Shown piece by piece: positions 1 through 15,060 of a DNA stretch of 64,000 nt. Position 1 is the first letter of the stretch. Each line of letters begins with the position of its first letter. This DNA is from Octopus sinensis (Eukaryota), in the NCBI RefSeq assembly GCF_006345805.1, contig NC_043015.1:23312001-23376000 (forward strand), written 5' to 3'. The notes under the pieces were generated by a model that worked only from the letters and a program-made list of their open reading frames with translations, was not told the DNA's origin and made no database searches. The position numbers were made by a program, and so were the translations under genes.

Positions 1-169
1 GACAACATAACATGTACTATTAGTAGCATTACTGATATAGGTATGTGTGTGTAAGTTTATGTATGTGTGCGTGTGTGTGTATGTATTATATGTAGGTATA
101 TATGTATGTATGTGAATATATATATGCACATATATTTGCGCCTTTAAGATGATTTCGATAGGTATGCAT

Positions 170-232
<63 letters not shown>

Positions 233-1290
233 TGTATATATATATATATATAAGATTTATAAATAGGCTATTTTAAATAAATGTATACATACATGCATAT
301 ATATATATATATATATATATATTCTTATTTACATATATACACGCAAATAGATGTTTATCTGTGTAGGTGTGTTTATATGTTTGCAACGCGAAACAGTCGC
401 ATCGAATTACTGTTACTAATTAGCGAGAAATAAGTTTGTTTTTCATTGACAAAAAAATGTATTAAATAACACAGCCTGGTGATTGTTCAAATCTATCCTC
501 TTGTTGGATTACAAAAACCTGAATATAATAAGGTTAGACGCCGTAATTTCTAATATATTCATACAATAAAATAACGTCCGGAGTAGTTGCAGTCAAAGAG
601 AGTAAAACGAATCTCTCAGCTTGAAAGCCAGCATTATTGGTTTATTGAAATGTGGCGTATCATTCATTTCTTTTCTGTCTCTTTCTTTGTTTGTTTTTCT
701 CTCTTATTTCTTTTACCCCTTCTTACATGATAGTCTTGAATAAATACTGCCTCTTATGGTTCCAAACTGTCTATGAACGACAATAAGAAATATTACTACT
801 TTAATTTTCGATGAGATTACAATGCTATCCAATAAATACTTTTACGATTCTAGAACTTTCTTATGAGTTAAGTTCATTTATAAAAACACACACACAAACA
901 CATACCACAAACGCATACATATTTGACCAACATATACATACTTACACAAAGACACACATACACAAACACATATACATATGGATAATTGCGGCAGTGTACT
1001 GGTTATTTTAGTACAGCGGAGTCAATAGATTTTACGAAGGTATGCTAGTAAAATATATTAAGTGTGCATGCGTGTATCTATTAACTTGTGCTAACCTATT
1101 GCTACATGAATACAATTAAACACCTTATCTGTGAATGTATTTCCTGCGTGATGTGTTGATATATATTTTACTAAGAGCTGTTCTTTAATATTCATGACAA
1201 CGGGATAATGGACTTTCAGTACATGTGTGTGAGCGTGTGCTTCTATGCATATATATTTTTATTTATACATACATACATACATTGATACAT

Positions 1291-1386
<96 letters not shown>

Positions 1387-1538
1387 CTGTATATATATAT
1401 ATATTATATATATTTAATTCTCTCAATCTTCTCATCCGTTTATCTAGCTATCAATATATAGACATACATATATATATATATATGTATATATATATATGTA
1501 TGTATATTTACATATACATACATATATACATATATGTA

Positions 1539-1577
<39 letters not shown>

Positions 1578-1601
1578 TACACAATATATATATATATATT
1601 A

Positions 1602-1635
<34 letters not shown>

Positions 1636-2026
1636 CATTTATATATATACATATATATATATATATGCATGTATTTATGTATGTATATACTCATACACGC
1701 GCACCTCCTTGTGTGTCTGCAAGTAAACTATGAGATGAACTCTGCGCAATATTTCCTTTACTGACTTGCTACTAAATGCTTTCCTTTTTTACAATATCTT
1801 TATAAAGAGGGAAATTTCTTGGAGCCTAACATTCTCTAAATATGATATTATGTATCAAATGTCAGTTAGTTGTAATAAAACAAAAACAAACAAATAAAAG
1901 GAAAATTGATCAATTGAAAAGCCAGCATAATTTATAAGAATTTATTTTCAGCATCCAGTTAATATACACAAGATTTTATGCATATACGCACATGTAAAAA
2001 CATATATACATATAGATTTATAAATA

Positions 2027-2048
2027 TAGATAGATAGATAGATAGACT

Positions 2049-2112
<64 letters not shown>
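2027..2112. repeat. (GATA)n tetranucleotide microsatellite
   Basis: Read directly; a similar tract lies at 39775-39860. Confidence 0.95.
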
Positions 2113-2113
<1 letters not shown>

Positions 2114-2885
2114 GGATGGGGATATATAAATAGTATTTAGCAGACTTCACTCTACTGCAAATACTCTGGCAACAGCTCCGGTTTAAGTATAAATGCATCC
2201 CCACGACTGGGTTTTGGAGACGTTATGAATGATTATAGACTGTTTTCCCTCGCGATTTAAGGTTGTACATATGCACACACACACACACACGCAAAGAACG
2301 CAAACGCACGCACACACACACGTACGCGCGCACATACACACATATTTGCAGGCTTTGTGTCTATAGACGGGAGAACGTGGCAGTAAGGGAGGATAGTAGG
2401 AGAGCACTTCTTTGTCCGTTGTGGGTGTACAGTAATGTAAACTGAAGTGATCGATCGTAGTTTGTTATAAGACTTTGTAACCTCTTATGAATCATTTCCT
2501 TGTCCAGTTAATATAGTCTACAGAGGCACAATATGCAGAGCATGATGACTCTCTTTCTATATAACAGTATTTCTCGTGGTATTTTAGGGTTTACAAAATG
2601 TTTGTTGATTGAACATTTGGTCACACAGTACAGATCTCCTTGAGATCGAACTTCCTGTGGTTATTATTAGCTTGCTTTAAGAAATTATAATTTTAAATTT
2701 TAGAAACAGTTGGTCTGAAAATTTCATATTACTATAAATAATCCGCTTCTATCGTGGCTATTTACATTTATGTTATATTACTGTAGACAAATGCATACAG
2801 GTCATTGCAGCTGACGTCAACACACCCACATAAGCGCATAAGAATGATACAGTTATATGTGAACATAATGCTATATATATATGTA

Positions 2886-3447
2886 CGAAAGTGATTCAAA
2901 AAGTAATGCCATTTTGTTTAGGACAGGTATAATTTCCAACACAAGAACATATACCATACTTTAAAATGAAACTGGTCCTCTGTGGAATACATCCCTAATT
3001 CTCAACACGGTCGCCGTTTCTCTCAATAGTAATGTTCCACCTTCGAATGAAAGCATGTTTCCCCACTCGGTAAAATTCTATTGACATTTCTTTGAGCATT
3101 TTCTTCATTACAGTTTTCCCTTCCTTGTCATTGGAATAATGTTTGACTCTCAAACCCTCTTTCATGGGGCTGAACACATGATAGTCCAGTGATGATGCTA
3201 GTCCAGTGACAAGAGTGAAAACTGTAGTAAATAAGTGGCTCAAAGGACAGTCAACATAATTTTACGGGGCAGGGAGACACGCTCTCATTCGTAGGCGGAA
3301 CGTCGCTATTGGTAGAAACGGTGACTATGTTGACAATTAGAGATGTGATCCACAGAGGATCTGCTTCATTTTTATGTATGATACATGTTACTTTGTTGGT
3401 AATTATACCTGTCCTAAACAAAATGGCATCACTTTTGGACCCTCACG
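2886..3447. mobile_element. Mariner-derived palindromic (MITE-like) element made of two inverted transposase 3' ends
   Basis: Minus ORF 2995-3243 (DYHVFSPMKEGLRVKHYSND...FIRRWNITIERNGDRVEN) and the plus strand from ~3205 (VKTVVNKWLKGQST*FYGAGRHALIRRRNVAIGRNGDYVDN*) both match a mariner transposase C-terminus. Both ends carry the same TIR (TA|CGAAAGTGATTCAAAAAGTAATGCCATTTT at 2886; AAAATGGCATCACTTTTGGACCCTCACG|TA ending 3447), flanked by TA. Confidence 0.8.
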
Positions 3448-3574
3448 TATATAACAATAAACATGCATATATTCCTGTATTTATGTATTATTCATATATA
3501 TATATACCTATATAAATATATATGTATATATATATACATATATACATATATATATATATACATATATACATACG

Positions 3575-3674
<100 letters not shown>

Positions 3675-4538
3675 ATATATATATACCGCGCATATTGATA
3701 TGAATCTGTTCAATAATGTAGTGTTCAAAAAATCTCTCCACAGTTTTTACTTATGGTTTTCGAACGAATATTTTAAACAGCTTTTTTTACTTGCTCTTCA
3801 GGAAATGAGGTGTTAAATCAGGTAACCTTGGTGGCCAAAGTCCCTTCGAAATGATCCTTTCACCAAAACATTCTTGAAGTAGTGCCATGGTGATGCGCAT
3901 AAAGAAAGAAATTCACTGCGGAGAGACGTTTTGAAGACCCTGTATAAGTTGCATGTATACGCTCACCAAAATACTATCACGTTTTACTGACGGAGTTTGC
4001 TTCAATTAGTTAATAACTTGAAATCCAGAATAAACTCAAAGGTGTAAGCTTGTACAGTGTTTAGTTATTTTTGATACATAAGTGTACACCTTTTAGATGA
4101 AGAAAGAAGGCCACCGTTAGACATCGAATCAACAAATATTCATCAAACCACGAATGACATCTGACTTAAAACATTACAAGTTTTAAAGTCACGCGGTAAA
4201 GATAAAGTCACAACTGCAAATAATTCTCAACATAAATTCATGAAACAGCTCAAACAACGCAAAATTTCGTTCTTGAAACGAAGATGACTCCAATGCAAAA
4301 ATTAATTCATTCAAAGCAAGAACCATCAAACATGAATAAAAAAAAACAATGGAAAACAAGAATCACATGCATTATGCTTCAGTATATATGACTAATAACG
4401 AGTATGAATGTCTTACCAGACACATGGAGTATACAATATTTTGTGTACTTATTATATCCAAGCACATATATGAGTGGATAGAACTATGTCAGAAGTGTAA
4501 ATTCTGACTGGATAAACACATCCTACAGGTTTGGGTAC

Positions 4539-4573
<35 letters not shown>

Positions 4574-5786
4574 AATTTATATATAAGTGCATGCATATAC
4601 ATACGTACATAAATGCATATAAATATATATATATGAAGCAAATATTCATGTACACAATATTATTTAATTTATTTTCTGTGAAGCACAATTTATTGTACAG
4701 CAGCGAAGAGCGAAAGTGTGAGAGAATGAATAGCATTAGCAACATAAAAACGAAGATCGAAGAAGAAAAAGAGAAATGAACGTAAAAGTTTCGAAACGAT
4801 AATCATTCTAAAGAGCGAATTAAACGCTAAAAGACATATCTAATCGACATCTGAATTACATTCTAATAAAACTAACTGTAATTGATGCTCGATGAATTTG
4901 AAGCGGGTCATAAGTACATTGGTTGATTAATGAAACCTTAAAATAAAATTTAGGAAACGCGATATTTGATATGATGATACTAATAAAAACAAATTGCATT
5001 CAGTTTCCAATGAGAAGCACTAGAATATCTAAGAAATGTCAAAGTTCGTTGACGTATAGTGCAGAGGTCATTATTTCAAATATTCTCTATTATGAAACGA
5101 CTCCATCTTGCAATATACATATCAAAATTGTGCCACAAAAACTGGAAGTATAATAAACCAATATAGATCGAAAAACGACTATCTGCTAATCGAATAAAAA
5201 TTTCTATTATTTTCTTATTTAAGAACTAACAAAAGAAAATAATGTAACCCTCTGATATTGGGGTTTTATGGAATAGTTTTTCTAGAAAAATTATTATTAA
5301 AAATGCGTTTTTATGTTTCTGTTTTCATTCCCGTATGTCATACATAAAGAATGAAATTATTTGCGGCATGATAATGATAGCTGAATATTTATTATAGTTA
5401 GATTACTAGCCAACTAGATATTTATCGAATTAGGTTTTCTTCTGTTTCGTAAATTGGATGCATATGGAATCAGGAAATTTTACCGCTGTTTAAAAATGTT
5501 TACGATGCCTGACTCTGAGTAAAAACCAAATGGATAAGTATAACTTACACTTTTCAAGAGAATTAATTCAGCAAAAACTACGAATATGTACATCAATGAT
5601 CTCACTTACTGTAACTTTTTTAATGTGTTTCGATGTGTCTGAATTGCTTGTATGCATACGCATAATTACATAATTACTCGTATATTTGTATATATGCGCA
5701 CACGCTCGCACGTACACATGTATATATCTATGTGTGTGTGTGAGTGTGTATGTATACGTGTGTATAAGTATGTATATGTGCTGTCT

Positions 5787-5864
<78 letters not shown>

Positions 5865-7256
5865 TATATAAATGAATGCATGTATAGAGTAGCGTACAGA
5901 ACCATTCCCAAGTGGACAAGAGGTTGAACTAAACGTGAAATAGTTTGACAGAAAATGAATCATACATACAGCAACTCGATTAAACAAAACCACATCTCGT
6001 TGTCAGAAAGCATTTGGCAGCTATAGGATGCTGGATAACTAAAACCCTTATATATAGTGACAAATGTCCGCGAATAGGAACGCGTATATCACTTCTTCGT
6101 AGTGTAACTGCATTGCGCAAACGTCTTGTTTTTTTTTATTGTACAAGTTATATTTCCAAAGGAAATTTATAATGCACTTGCTTGTTTCCTGCGATTTTCA
6201 GCTTTTAAGTTTTGAGGTTTTTGTTGAGTTCAATGTGACACATAAGAGAACTCGATATGAGCGTGTCTTCCCCATTTATTTTTGAACCAGCCTATGAAGA
6301 CCGACAGTATTCGATTTCCTTCCTTTTATACTGCAGTTGTGTGACTAAATATATTTGTGTGTATTGCGCTCGGCAACAGAATAATCTGCAGAGATCTACT
6401 CTCCACGAGAATAACATGTATAAATTTAAAAAATTTTACTTTACAAGCGTGAAAGCCTCGTGATGTACAGTAACAAGACCAATATTTCAATCATGATAAT
6501 TCAAATGGCGAAGAAATCTAATTAGTGCATCGACAATTTTCTTCATTTTAGTAAGATGGAGAGAAAACCGGCACTAAAAGTCATGTGAGACTCTGATGTT
6601 TGGAGTTCAAGTGTGGATATCAAAAACACGAAGTGAAGCCAGGGAAGGTAAAAGTTGTTGAGATGGACAAAGGATAGAGAAATATATTGAGAAGAGCAAC
6701 TGACTTGGCTTTCTGTAATATCCTCAAAGTTTGAAAAGGTCGAATCTCACCACATCTTGAATACTAAGACAGAAATATTGCCCCTATACCCCGGGAAGAG
6801 TAACTTTCATTTTGGTGGGATATATTCTTATTCTGAAGGAATACTATATGGAATTATTGTTTAAAATAGCTTTAGTAACTAAGTTTTTTTTATCCCTTCC
6901 TTAAAGTGTTCCGTCCTAATTTTTGGTATTCATATTGGCTTTATACAAGCAATACTTCTAATTAAGTACCCCCAAGAAAATGTAATATCATTTATGGATT
7001 AACACAAATAATTTTAAAAATCTATATTATACCTCTTAATTTAATATTACTATATAATTAGCATGTCCTTTTAACAACAATTATTCTTTTAACTAATAGC
7101 GGGTTTCAGTCCTGATTATAATAAGCTAAATAAGTTAATTAACAATGTTTAGCTCATAATACTTAACTTATTATACATTTCCTATAAATCTTTGCTACTG
7201 AAGTTAATAACGGATGGATATTTTATTATGGATTTAACTCTTTATCTGTCTGCCTG

Positions 7257-7317
<61 letters not shown>

Positions 7318-7499
7318 TGAAAGAAAGAAAATAAAAAAAACAAATAAATAGGGAGTTACATCGCATATACATACATAAGAATACAGTTACACCAAAATTG
7401 TATGTATAATCAGATCTTGAACAATTACTTGAATATATGTCTGTGACGGCCTCTGTATATACGAATATCAGTTATAGTTATATTTATATATATATATAT

Positions 7500-7635
<136 letters not shown>

Positions 7636-8138
7636 ATATGTATGTATGCATGTATGTATTTGTGAGTGTGTGTGTTCTAGTATGAATGTGTTTCTAATAT
7701 ATTCGCATTGTCATGCACCGACACACACACAACCATACACAAACAAGCACTGATTTGCTAAACATAATTGTAAATATCGGAATTGTATATTGATCAGTAT
7801 GTGCTATAGAGACTCTCTACTTGAATGTCTTAAAATCAGTAAAATGTCATTTTTATAGATATACCAAGCTTACATAGTTATACAGAATTACATTTCTTCG
7901 TATAACATGTGTGTGGGGATATGTGTGTATATGTGTGTGCATCTTTAATATATGTATTGCAATAACAATTTATGTACTGAAATATATCTTATTATACACT
8001 TCATATGTATTGTCATAGCTACAAGTATATTGTATTTAGCAACATATGTCAAATTTTAACACACCAAAATATAGATATGTCAGCAAATAGGTAGGCAATC
8101 ATATAGACACAGATACACACATACAACCCTATATATAT

Positions 8139-8171
<33 letters not shown>

Positions 8172-8299
8172 GCATACATAAATATGTGTCTTTCTGTGTC
8201 TGCGCACACATGGGTATGTATCTAGATAAATATACATTTATGATTATACGCACGTACATACACACATAAATAGTATATATACTGATATATATGTTCGTA

Positions 8300-8365
<66 letters not shown>

Positions 8366-9774
8366 GTTTGGTGATATGAACTGGTGTGTGAAGACAGTTT
8401 GAAACAGAGTACTGAAAAATATAAATATATAATATAAATTCATATTGTATTTTCATGATGAATCTTCGAGTAACATTACTCAGAGTTTCCCGTTTCGGTC
8501 ATTGAGCGATTCTGAATAATTCTACATATATGAAAAAGATATTAAAATAGATTGTTCTGATTTGGGACTATTAAAACGAAACTAACTTTACGGTTGACTC
8601 AAAATCTATATTGTAGAACTTGTATATTAAATGAAAATCTGACATAGATGAGTATGCAAGTTTCGAAAGATATAATTGTAGAGTCGCGTAGGTTGAAACG
8701 AAACAACCTGCATATTGAACTGAGTGAAAAAGGGATATATTTTATATATGTGTATATATATATATATATGAGTGTGTGTGTGTGTCTGTGTCTGTGTGTG
8801 TGTGTGAGTGTGTGTGTGTGTATATATATATATTTGTGTGTGTGTGCGCGTTTACTATTGGTAACATCCTGTATTCATATATACTTATGTATATATTATT
8901 ATTAAGTCATTGAACGCCACGCATGTGTGTGTATGTGTTTGTGTGTGTGTGTGTGTATATATACATACATACATACATACAACATATATACATACAGATT
9001 ATACGACGTACATCTATCAGTTTCCTCTTATCAATTGCACTCAGACGTCTTTTAGAGCCTTGATGCTGTAGTAGAAGTGAGTTGCATTATATGCGAAGTA
9101 TTTGGACTCAACGTGGAACAATATGGTTGAGAAACAATAATTTAAACAGCACCACCTACGTAGACTGTGAACTGCTAGATTTGAACACAGACACTAGGCA
9201 GGCGGCGCTACCGGCTGACTGAAATTATTGTCTCTATTATGCCTTTCCATTCACCATACGGTGTAAATTATGGAGTGGGGGGGCGCAAAGCAGGGATAAA
9301 TAAAATTGTAATGTTATAATCGGTCCGGATATGCTTGATGTAAGTTTGGACTGGTGAACAAGGTACTCACAGCGTATTGTCACGGAGAATATATCTCACT
9401 TGTGTACGTCTGTGTTTATCTGATATATGTATAAATTTCTCTTGTTTTTTTCCTTTTGATTGCTCTTTGCGCCATCACCCAACCTATCAATACAACTCAT
9501 GATTACAAACTAAATATAAATGCTTGTCATAAAATTTGTATTTTTCAGTTCTCAGTCTGAAAATCCTATAAGAAATGCCTTATACGCGTAACATATAAAA
9601 TTCTTTTACTCCTATTGGCAAATGCAACACGCGTAATGGTGAGTAAATAATCACAATAAAGTTTCCAACTTCCTACACACACACACACTCGTATATATAT
9701 ACATACACATATACATACACTTACAGACACGCGAACACACCCACATATATGTATGTATATATATTTATATATAT

Positions 9775-9805
<31 letters not shown>

Positions 9806-10924
9806 CATACATACATACAAACATATATGTACGAACAATGTTGTTATGTACATATAAAAGTGTATGTGTGCATATACATATGTTGACATATTTAAATATT
9901 TATATGTTCTCGAGTGTATTTTTTGTGTACGTATAAATGTCTATACGTTTTTGTGTATGTACGTATATCGCAATTATATATCTAGTTTTGTATGCACGAA
10001 TATATATGTATGTATGCACGAATATATTTATGTATATATGTATGTATGTATCCGTTTATTTTCAAAGTATGATGTTCACACACATTCTACGAGATGATAG
10101 TCTTAAAAATATTATGATCCCCACAAAATATATTAAATAGTGTTTACGCTCCGTACAGCTGAATAGCTTATATTTTCCTTCACAACTGATACATAATTAA
10201 ATGAATGTAAAACGACCGAATCAAAATAGAAACTATTCACTGTATCCCATTAATCGTTGTCTCGTAAGATTTTTTGGTTGCCCTTACGATTTCGATTATG
10301 TTATATCTATGAAACGCTATGTAAGTCAATGTGTATTTGTGTCTGTGGCTGAAATTAGGAGAATTTATTTATGACTTTTATCTCGTATCGAATGAATCGT
10401 GACAGGAAATATTTGCTTCGGAATATAAGAAGATTTCATATTCATGAACTAATTTATTTATATTGACAATAACACAAGTGTTTTACACTTACTGAACATC
10501 GCATATGTACTATCTAATATTATGTTTAGCTAAGAATGTGCAATAGGTTTTGTTTTCTAATCTGTTTTTATATATTTGATATTTTCTGTTTTCTTTATCC
10601 AGCGTATGTCCCTTCCTATTGTTGTTATGTACAGATATTTAGTTATAAAATGATTGAGTATGAGATGCTATTGCAATAAAGTATATCAGAATATATGTAT
10701 TCTAAGCGAATTTAGACCACTGGGATCAGGTGCATTGTTGCGTCTCCTTTTTACTAAATTGAGTGAGATATTTAAGTTTATCGTTATTCACGTCGCAGGC
10801 AAGTTTTCAAATCTGAAATGTTTGCAGCAATCTGAATAATAAGTCGTGATTGAAGTAAAATTGTAACAGCCGTGACAATTTAAATAACGAACATCTTGCT
10901 ATTGACACAGTTTTTTTTGTTCAG

Positions 10925-11086
10925 ATTTCTCATGAACTGGTTCTTTCTATTTCTGACACCAACGGTGTTAACGAAGGATTGTCTGCAAATTCTACAGTAT
11001 ATCTCATGTACATTACCATAGAAGCACCACCAGCTGACTCTCAAACGAAGATCAAAACATTAGTGTTATACCGTTACAGACTGTAA
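10925..11086 (+). pseudogene. Candidate degenerate cadherin-repeat exon
   Basis: Strong acceptor ttttttttgttcag|; frame 0 reads ISHELVLSISDTNGVNEGLSANSTVYLMYITIEAPPADSQTKIKTLV, resembling YxLxVxAxDxG..LSxTATVxIxVxDVNEAPxF but lacking the Ca-binding DxND; ends in TAA. Confidence 0.4.
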
Positions 11087-11167
11087 AATGTAGGCATCAT
11101 TGATCCTATCTTCTGTATCGAAAGGACATTTTCGGTTACATATATATGTATATATACATATATATGT

Positions 11168-11268
<101 letters not shown>

Positions 11269-12789
11269 TGTGTGTTTGCATATATGCTTTCATAGTAAGT
11301 AATAATTGTTCATTAAAAGGACTGGTTTTGTTGGTGGCTAATTCGTACGCTCGTCAATATCGTGATTTCGGGTCCGATACTCTCTTCCCAACCCTAAAAT
11401 AAGCAACTTCTGACATGGTCATTTACTCGTAATGTCTTTTGAAAAGAATATAGTTAACGACAACTATAAATAAAGAAAAAAGTATATAAACCCACCATCC
11501 ATCCGTGAAAACAAAATTTTAGCGAATTGAAATCACTCTTTAACTGGAAATTGGTTAAATGGAGATTTTAATAATTAAGACTTCTGGTCAGCCACAATGA
11601 ATGTTCTCTAAATATATATATTGGAACAATCGTTGCACGTTCAAAGAACATAGGCAATAAACACGTACTGCATATTTGTACTTAGAAATTAACACACCTC
11701 TGTTGAAGTCAATTTTATCAGAAAGAAAACATGAGTTGATATAACGTTAAAAACTTTCATGAACTATAAATGCGGGCATTGTAGGTACTTAAATATCGCG
11801 CATTAAAATATAGTATAATGAAAATCTACATTGACAAGTGAAAACAAGTGACCAACGATAACGGTTTTGTAAAATATAGTGATAATTTAAAGATTCTGGA
11901 TACAATACGTGAAGTAGAACAGAATAGAAAAACAATTTAGCGACTGCAGTATAACAATTTAATAATATGATAATGAAGTGGAGTAGAAATAGAAAAGACG
12001 AAACACCACACTGGAAATAGAATGCAAATACTGAAAAATAGAAACAAAGGAGATGAATTGTATGAAAATCAAATGAAACTCTAGACAAACCGGATATAAT
12101 AACGAAATTGATCAACGATTTTAACAATGAAATCAAACAAAATGGAACGACCTAGAAAGCAGTTAAATAAAAAATTATAATTAAACCATGAGAACTTTAG
12201 CAACACGAAGAACAAGGAACTGGTTTCAATGTCACTAGAAGTAATTTGAAATAAAGGAAAATGTTTCTGAAATATTGCATTAGCATGAAACAACAACCGT
12301 GACGCTAGATAAAGCATTGTAAATAAGTAATATATTATTCTATGTGTTTTCCAAAGTAAATTTAGATTTTCATAATTATTTTAAAGATTGAATCATATAA
12401 TGTGTGCGTGTCTGCGCGGATTTATATATGTGTGTATATATATGTATATATATATATAGACAGAGAGAGAGAGTTGTCTACGCGTTATGCAAAGTTTGGC
12501 AACCTCCTTAGAACCTTAATGGCATTTGATGTGGCTTTCTAAACCAGACAATGTTTAGAAAAGATACCCACAAAGATTGCATATCAGATTTGGACCACCA
12601 AGAGCTGCAGATAATCTCTGATCTTTGTGGATCTTAAAATGACAATTGAAGCCTCCGTTAGATTTGCAAACTTTCAGGCATACATTGCATATATGCACAC
12701 AGCCTTACTGCCCCCCCCCCCATTACAAACACACTTAAATTACATTTCACAATCTGTTTTTTTGTGATTTCAGTAGACATTTATTCATT

Positions 12790-13270
12790 TCAAAACTGTC
12801 CTTCAAAATGGGATACTCTGATTTCAGTACACTTCTGGTCGTACTCCTGAGGGCTCTATGGAAGTTTCTCCCCAAAACAGAGTGTCCAGGACCTTAGTCA
12901 CGGTCTCTATGGCATTCTACTTCAATTTGAAGAGGAACCAAATTTCACAGCGAGAAAGGACTAGGATGTAGGAAGGGGGAGTGACAACTTTGATGTCCAT
13001 CATCTGAAGTAGTTGGCTATCAGGACGGAATTATGAAGTGGTGCATCATTATGGTGCAGGAGCCACCGACCCAAGTGTACAAGCTCTCATCTTTTGCGAT
13101 GAAGTCTCTTACAAGACTCCCTGAAAATTTCCAGAATGTACTTTTTTTGGCCGACTGGCTAGAGGGACGTCAGTGGATGTACATCAAAGCTGTTTGTTGA
13201 AGAAGGTTATAAACATGAGCTTCCTGGTGAACATGCTTTTCGTGAGCCCTTGTGCCAGTAAAAACAGTTA
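12790..13270 (-). mobile_element. Degenerate mariner (DD34D-type) transposase C-terminal fragment
   Basis: Reverse-strand translation across frameshifts: KLMFITFFN..LMYIH..PSSQ..YILEIFRESCKRLHRKR*ELVHLGRWLLHHNDAPLHNSVLIANYF..DIKVVTPPSY...CEIWFLFKLK...VTKVLDT..KCTEIRVSHFEG, resembling mariner HQDNAPAH/HPPYSPDLAPCDFWLFPKLK/YFEG motifs. Stops and an internal deletion are present. Confidence 0.7.
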
Positions 13271-13606
13271 ATCCATATTCAGTCGGGAGCCTTTCATTAG
13301 ATTCTGTAACGTTTTACGTCTTGTCTTGTCGTACACATTCGCCTGCTTTCTTCCCAAACATTTAGTGCTCTTAGCTTAGATTTTCTTGGGGCCGGCCAGA
13401 TTGGAGCAGTCTCGAGTGTAACCGGCCAAAACTGCAGAGATGATCTGGAACTCGACCTGATGATAGGAGGCTCAGAATTACCCATCCTTGCTTTTTCCTG
13501 TCCTTCTTTCTATCGTTCATCTATCCGGATGTTTTATTCTCGTCTGTTATGTTCTCGTTCCATTTTTGTTTTATATACACAATCACACACGGCCACACAC
13601 ACACAA

Positions 13607-13637
<31 letters not shown>

Positions 13638-14639
13638 CACACCATAATTTTATTTGTACATATACCATAATTTTCAAGAACACTTGTCATGTATTTTATA
13701 TTCACATTAGCGTATGCACACGAAATACTTAAAATTGTTAATATACATAAATATTCATTAAAATAACATTGTATTGAATACAATTACATCATATTCTATA
13801 TAATATTTATCAGGATTCCTTTGAAGTGAAGACGTGTCTCCGCGTGGTGGCTTAAAGCTTGAAAGAGAAGCTGTCACTCGGTATACAACTGATGTAAACT
13901 AGGTTAAAATCGATGACAATACCGTCTAGAAAATTCGCCCAATGTACTTTAGCTTAATGTAATAAATATTCGGTATAGAAAAATCCTTCAATGTCCAACG
14001 ACATTTATCAAATATAGCACTAATCGATAGATTCGATAATAACATTTATTCTATATACAAGCGCGCGCGTGTATGTATGTATGTATTTATGTATGCATGT
14101 ATATATATTTCTCAATTCTCTTTTTCCTTCTCAAAATATTTATCTATCAGTATATATATATGTGTTTGTATACGCATGTGCATGTGTATAAGAGTATGTG
14201 TGTGTGAATGTGTATATACAGAGCGAGAGAGATGTTTGTTGCATAGTGTATGTATATATATGAGTTTGTATGTGTGTGTATGTGTATATGTGTGTGGATG
14301 GGGCTATATACTCAGGTTATTACTTTCATACATAATTTACTCGATGTTTCAACTTTCGTTCTACGAAGGATACTTGTTTTCTAAACAATATACATCATGA
14401 AAGACACGGGAGTAAGTGTAATCGCATTGAAAGGAATTAGACAACCCTCACCGAAAAAGGAGACGTGAAACAGAAACGAAAAGAAAACGGTTGAGTATTG
14501 AGAATCGGAGAAATTAGGATAAAAGGAATGTAAAAAAAAGAGATGTACGAGGAGGAAGATGTAGAATCCAGGATGTTGGAAATAGAAGAAGAAAGAGTTT
14601 AAAAAATATATAGCATGATGGATTGGGTTAGAGAGAGGG

Positions 14640-15060
14640 AGAGAAAGAGAGAGGCGGAAAGAGTGTTGGGTTCAAGGAGCTGGCGGGTAGTCCTGACAGA
14701 AAATACGACTATTAGTGTTGCAAAGGGTGAAGTAATGTTAAATCAAAGGTCTTGTGGAATGGATAAATTTTGGGTAGGGAGATGCGATCAAGATGGTGGA
14801 GCGGGAACAAGAGAGGTATTTTGGGGCAAATCAGTGTGATGGAGAATAAATATGAACAAATACAGTACCAAGTGGAACCCTTGAGTATTTCTCCAATGGT
14901 GGTGAGTGAGAAAAGAAATGATAGAAAGTGACTATGAAACGTTATCGGCCTCCAAATGATGAGAGGCAAAGATGATCTCAGAATGTCTGTAGCCAGAAGA
15001 AATATTGGTTTCAAATTTGACAGAAGACATGCAGTTTTAGAATAGATGTTCTTCAAAAGC
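14640..15060 (-). mobile_element. Highly decayed Penelope-like RT/thumb fragment
   Basis: Minus-strand relics in the expected order: TACLLSNLKPIF (cf. YACLFxGxxExxIF), tggctacaga-cattctgagatcatctttg (cf. WLRYIDDIF), SPYPKFIHSTR (cf. IPYSQFLRLRR), DYPP (cf. RGYP), followed by a CT-rich tract like that after the 32.2-33 kb PLE. Very diverged. Confidence 0.4.

Noticed and set aside
3830-3955. Possible Tc1/mariner right end (ttttgaagaccctgTA)
   Set aside because: No matching left TIR and no convincing transposase residues.
6596-6790. Possible CR1/Jockey RT relic on minus strand
   Set aside because: Only faint similarity; no diagnostic motif recoverable without alignment tools.
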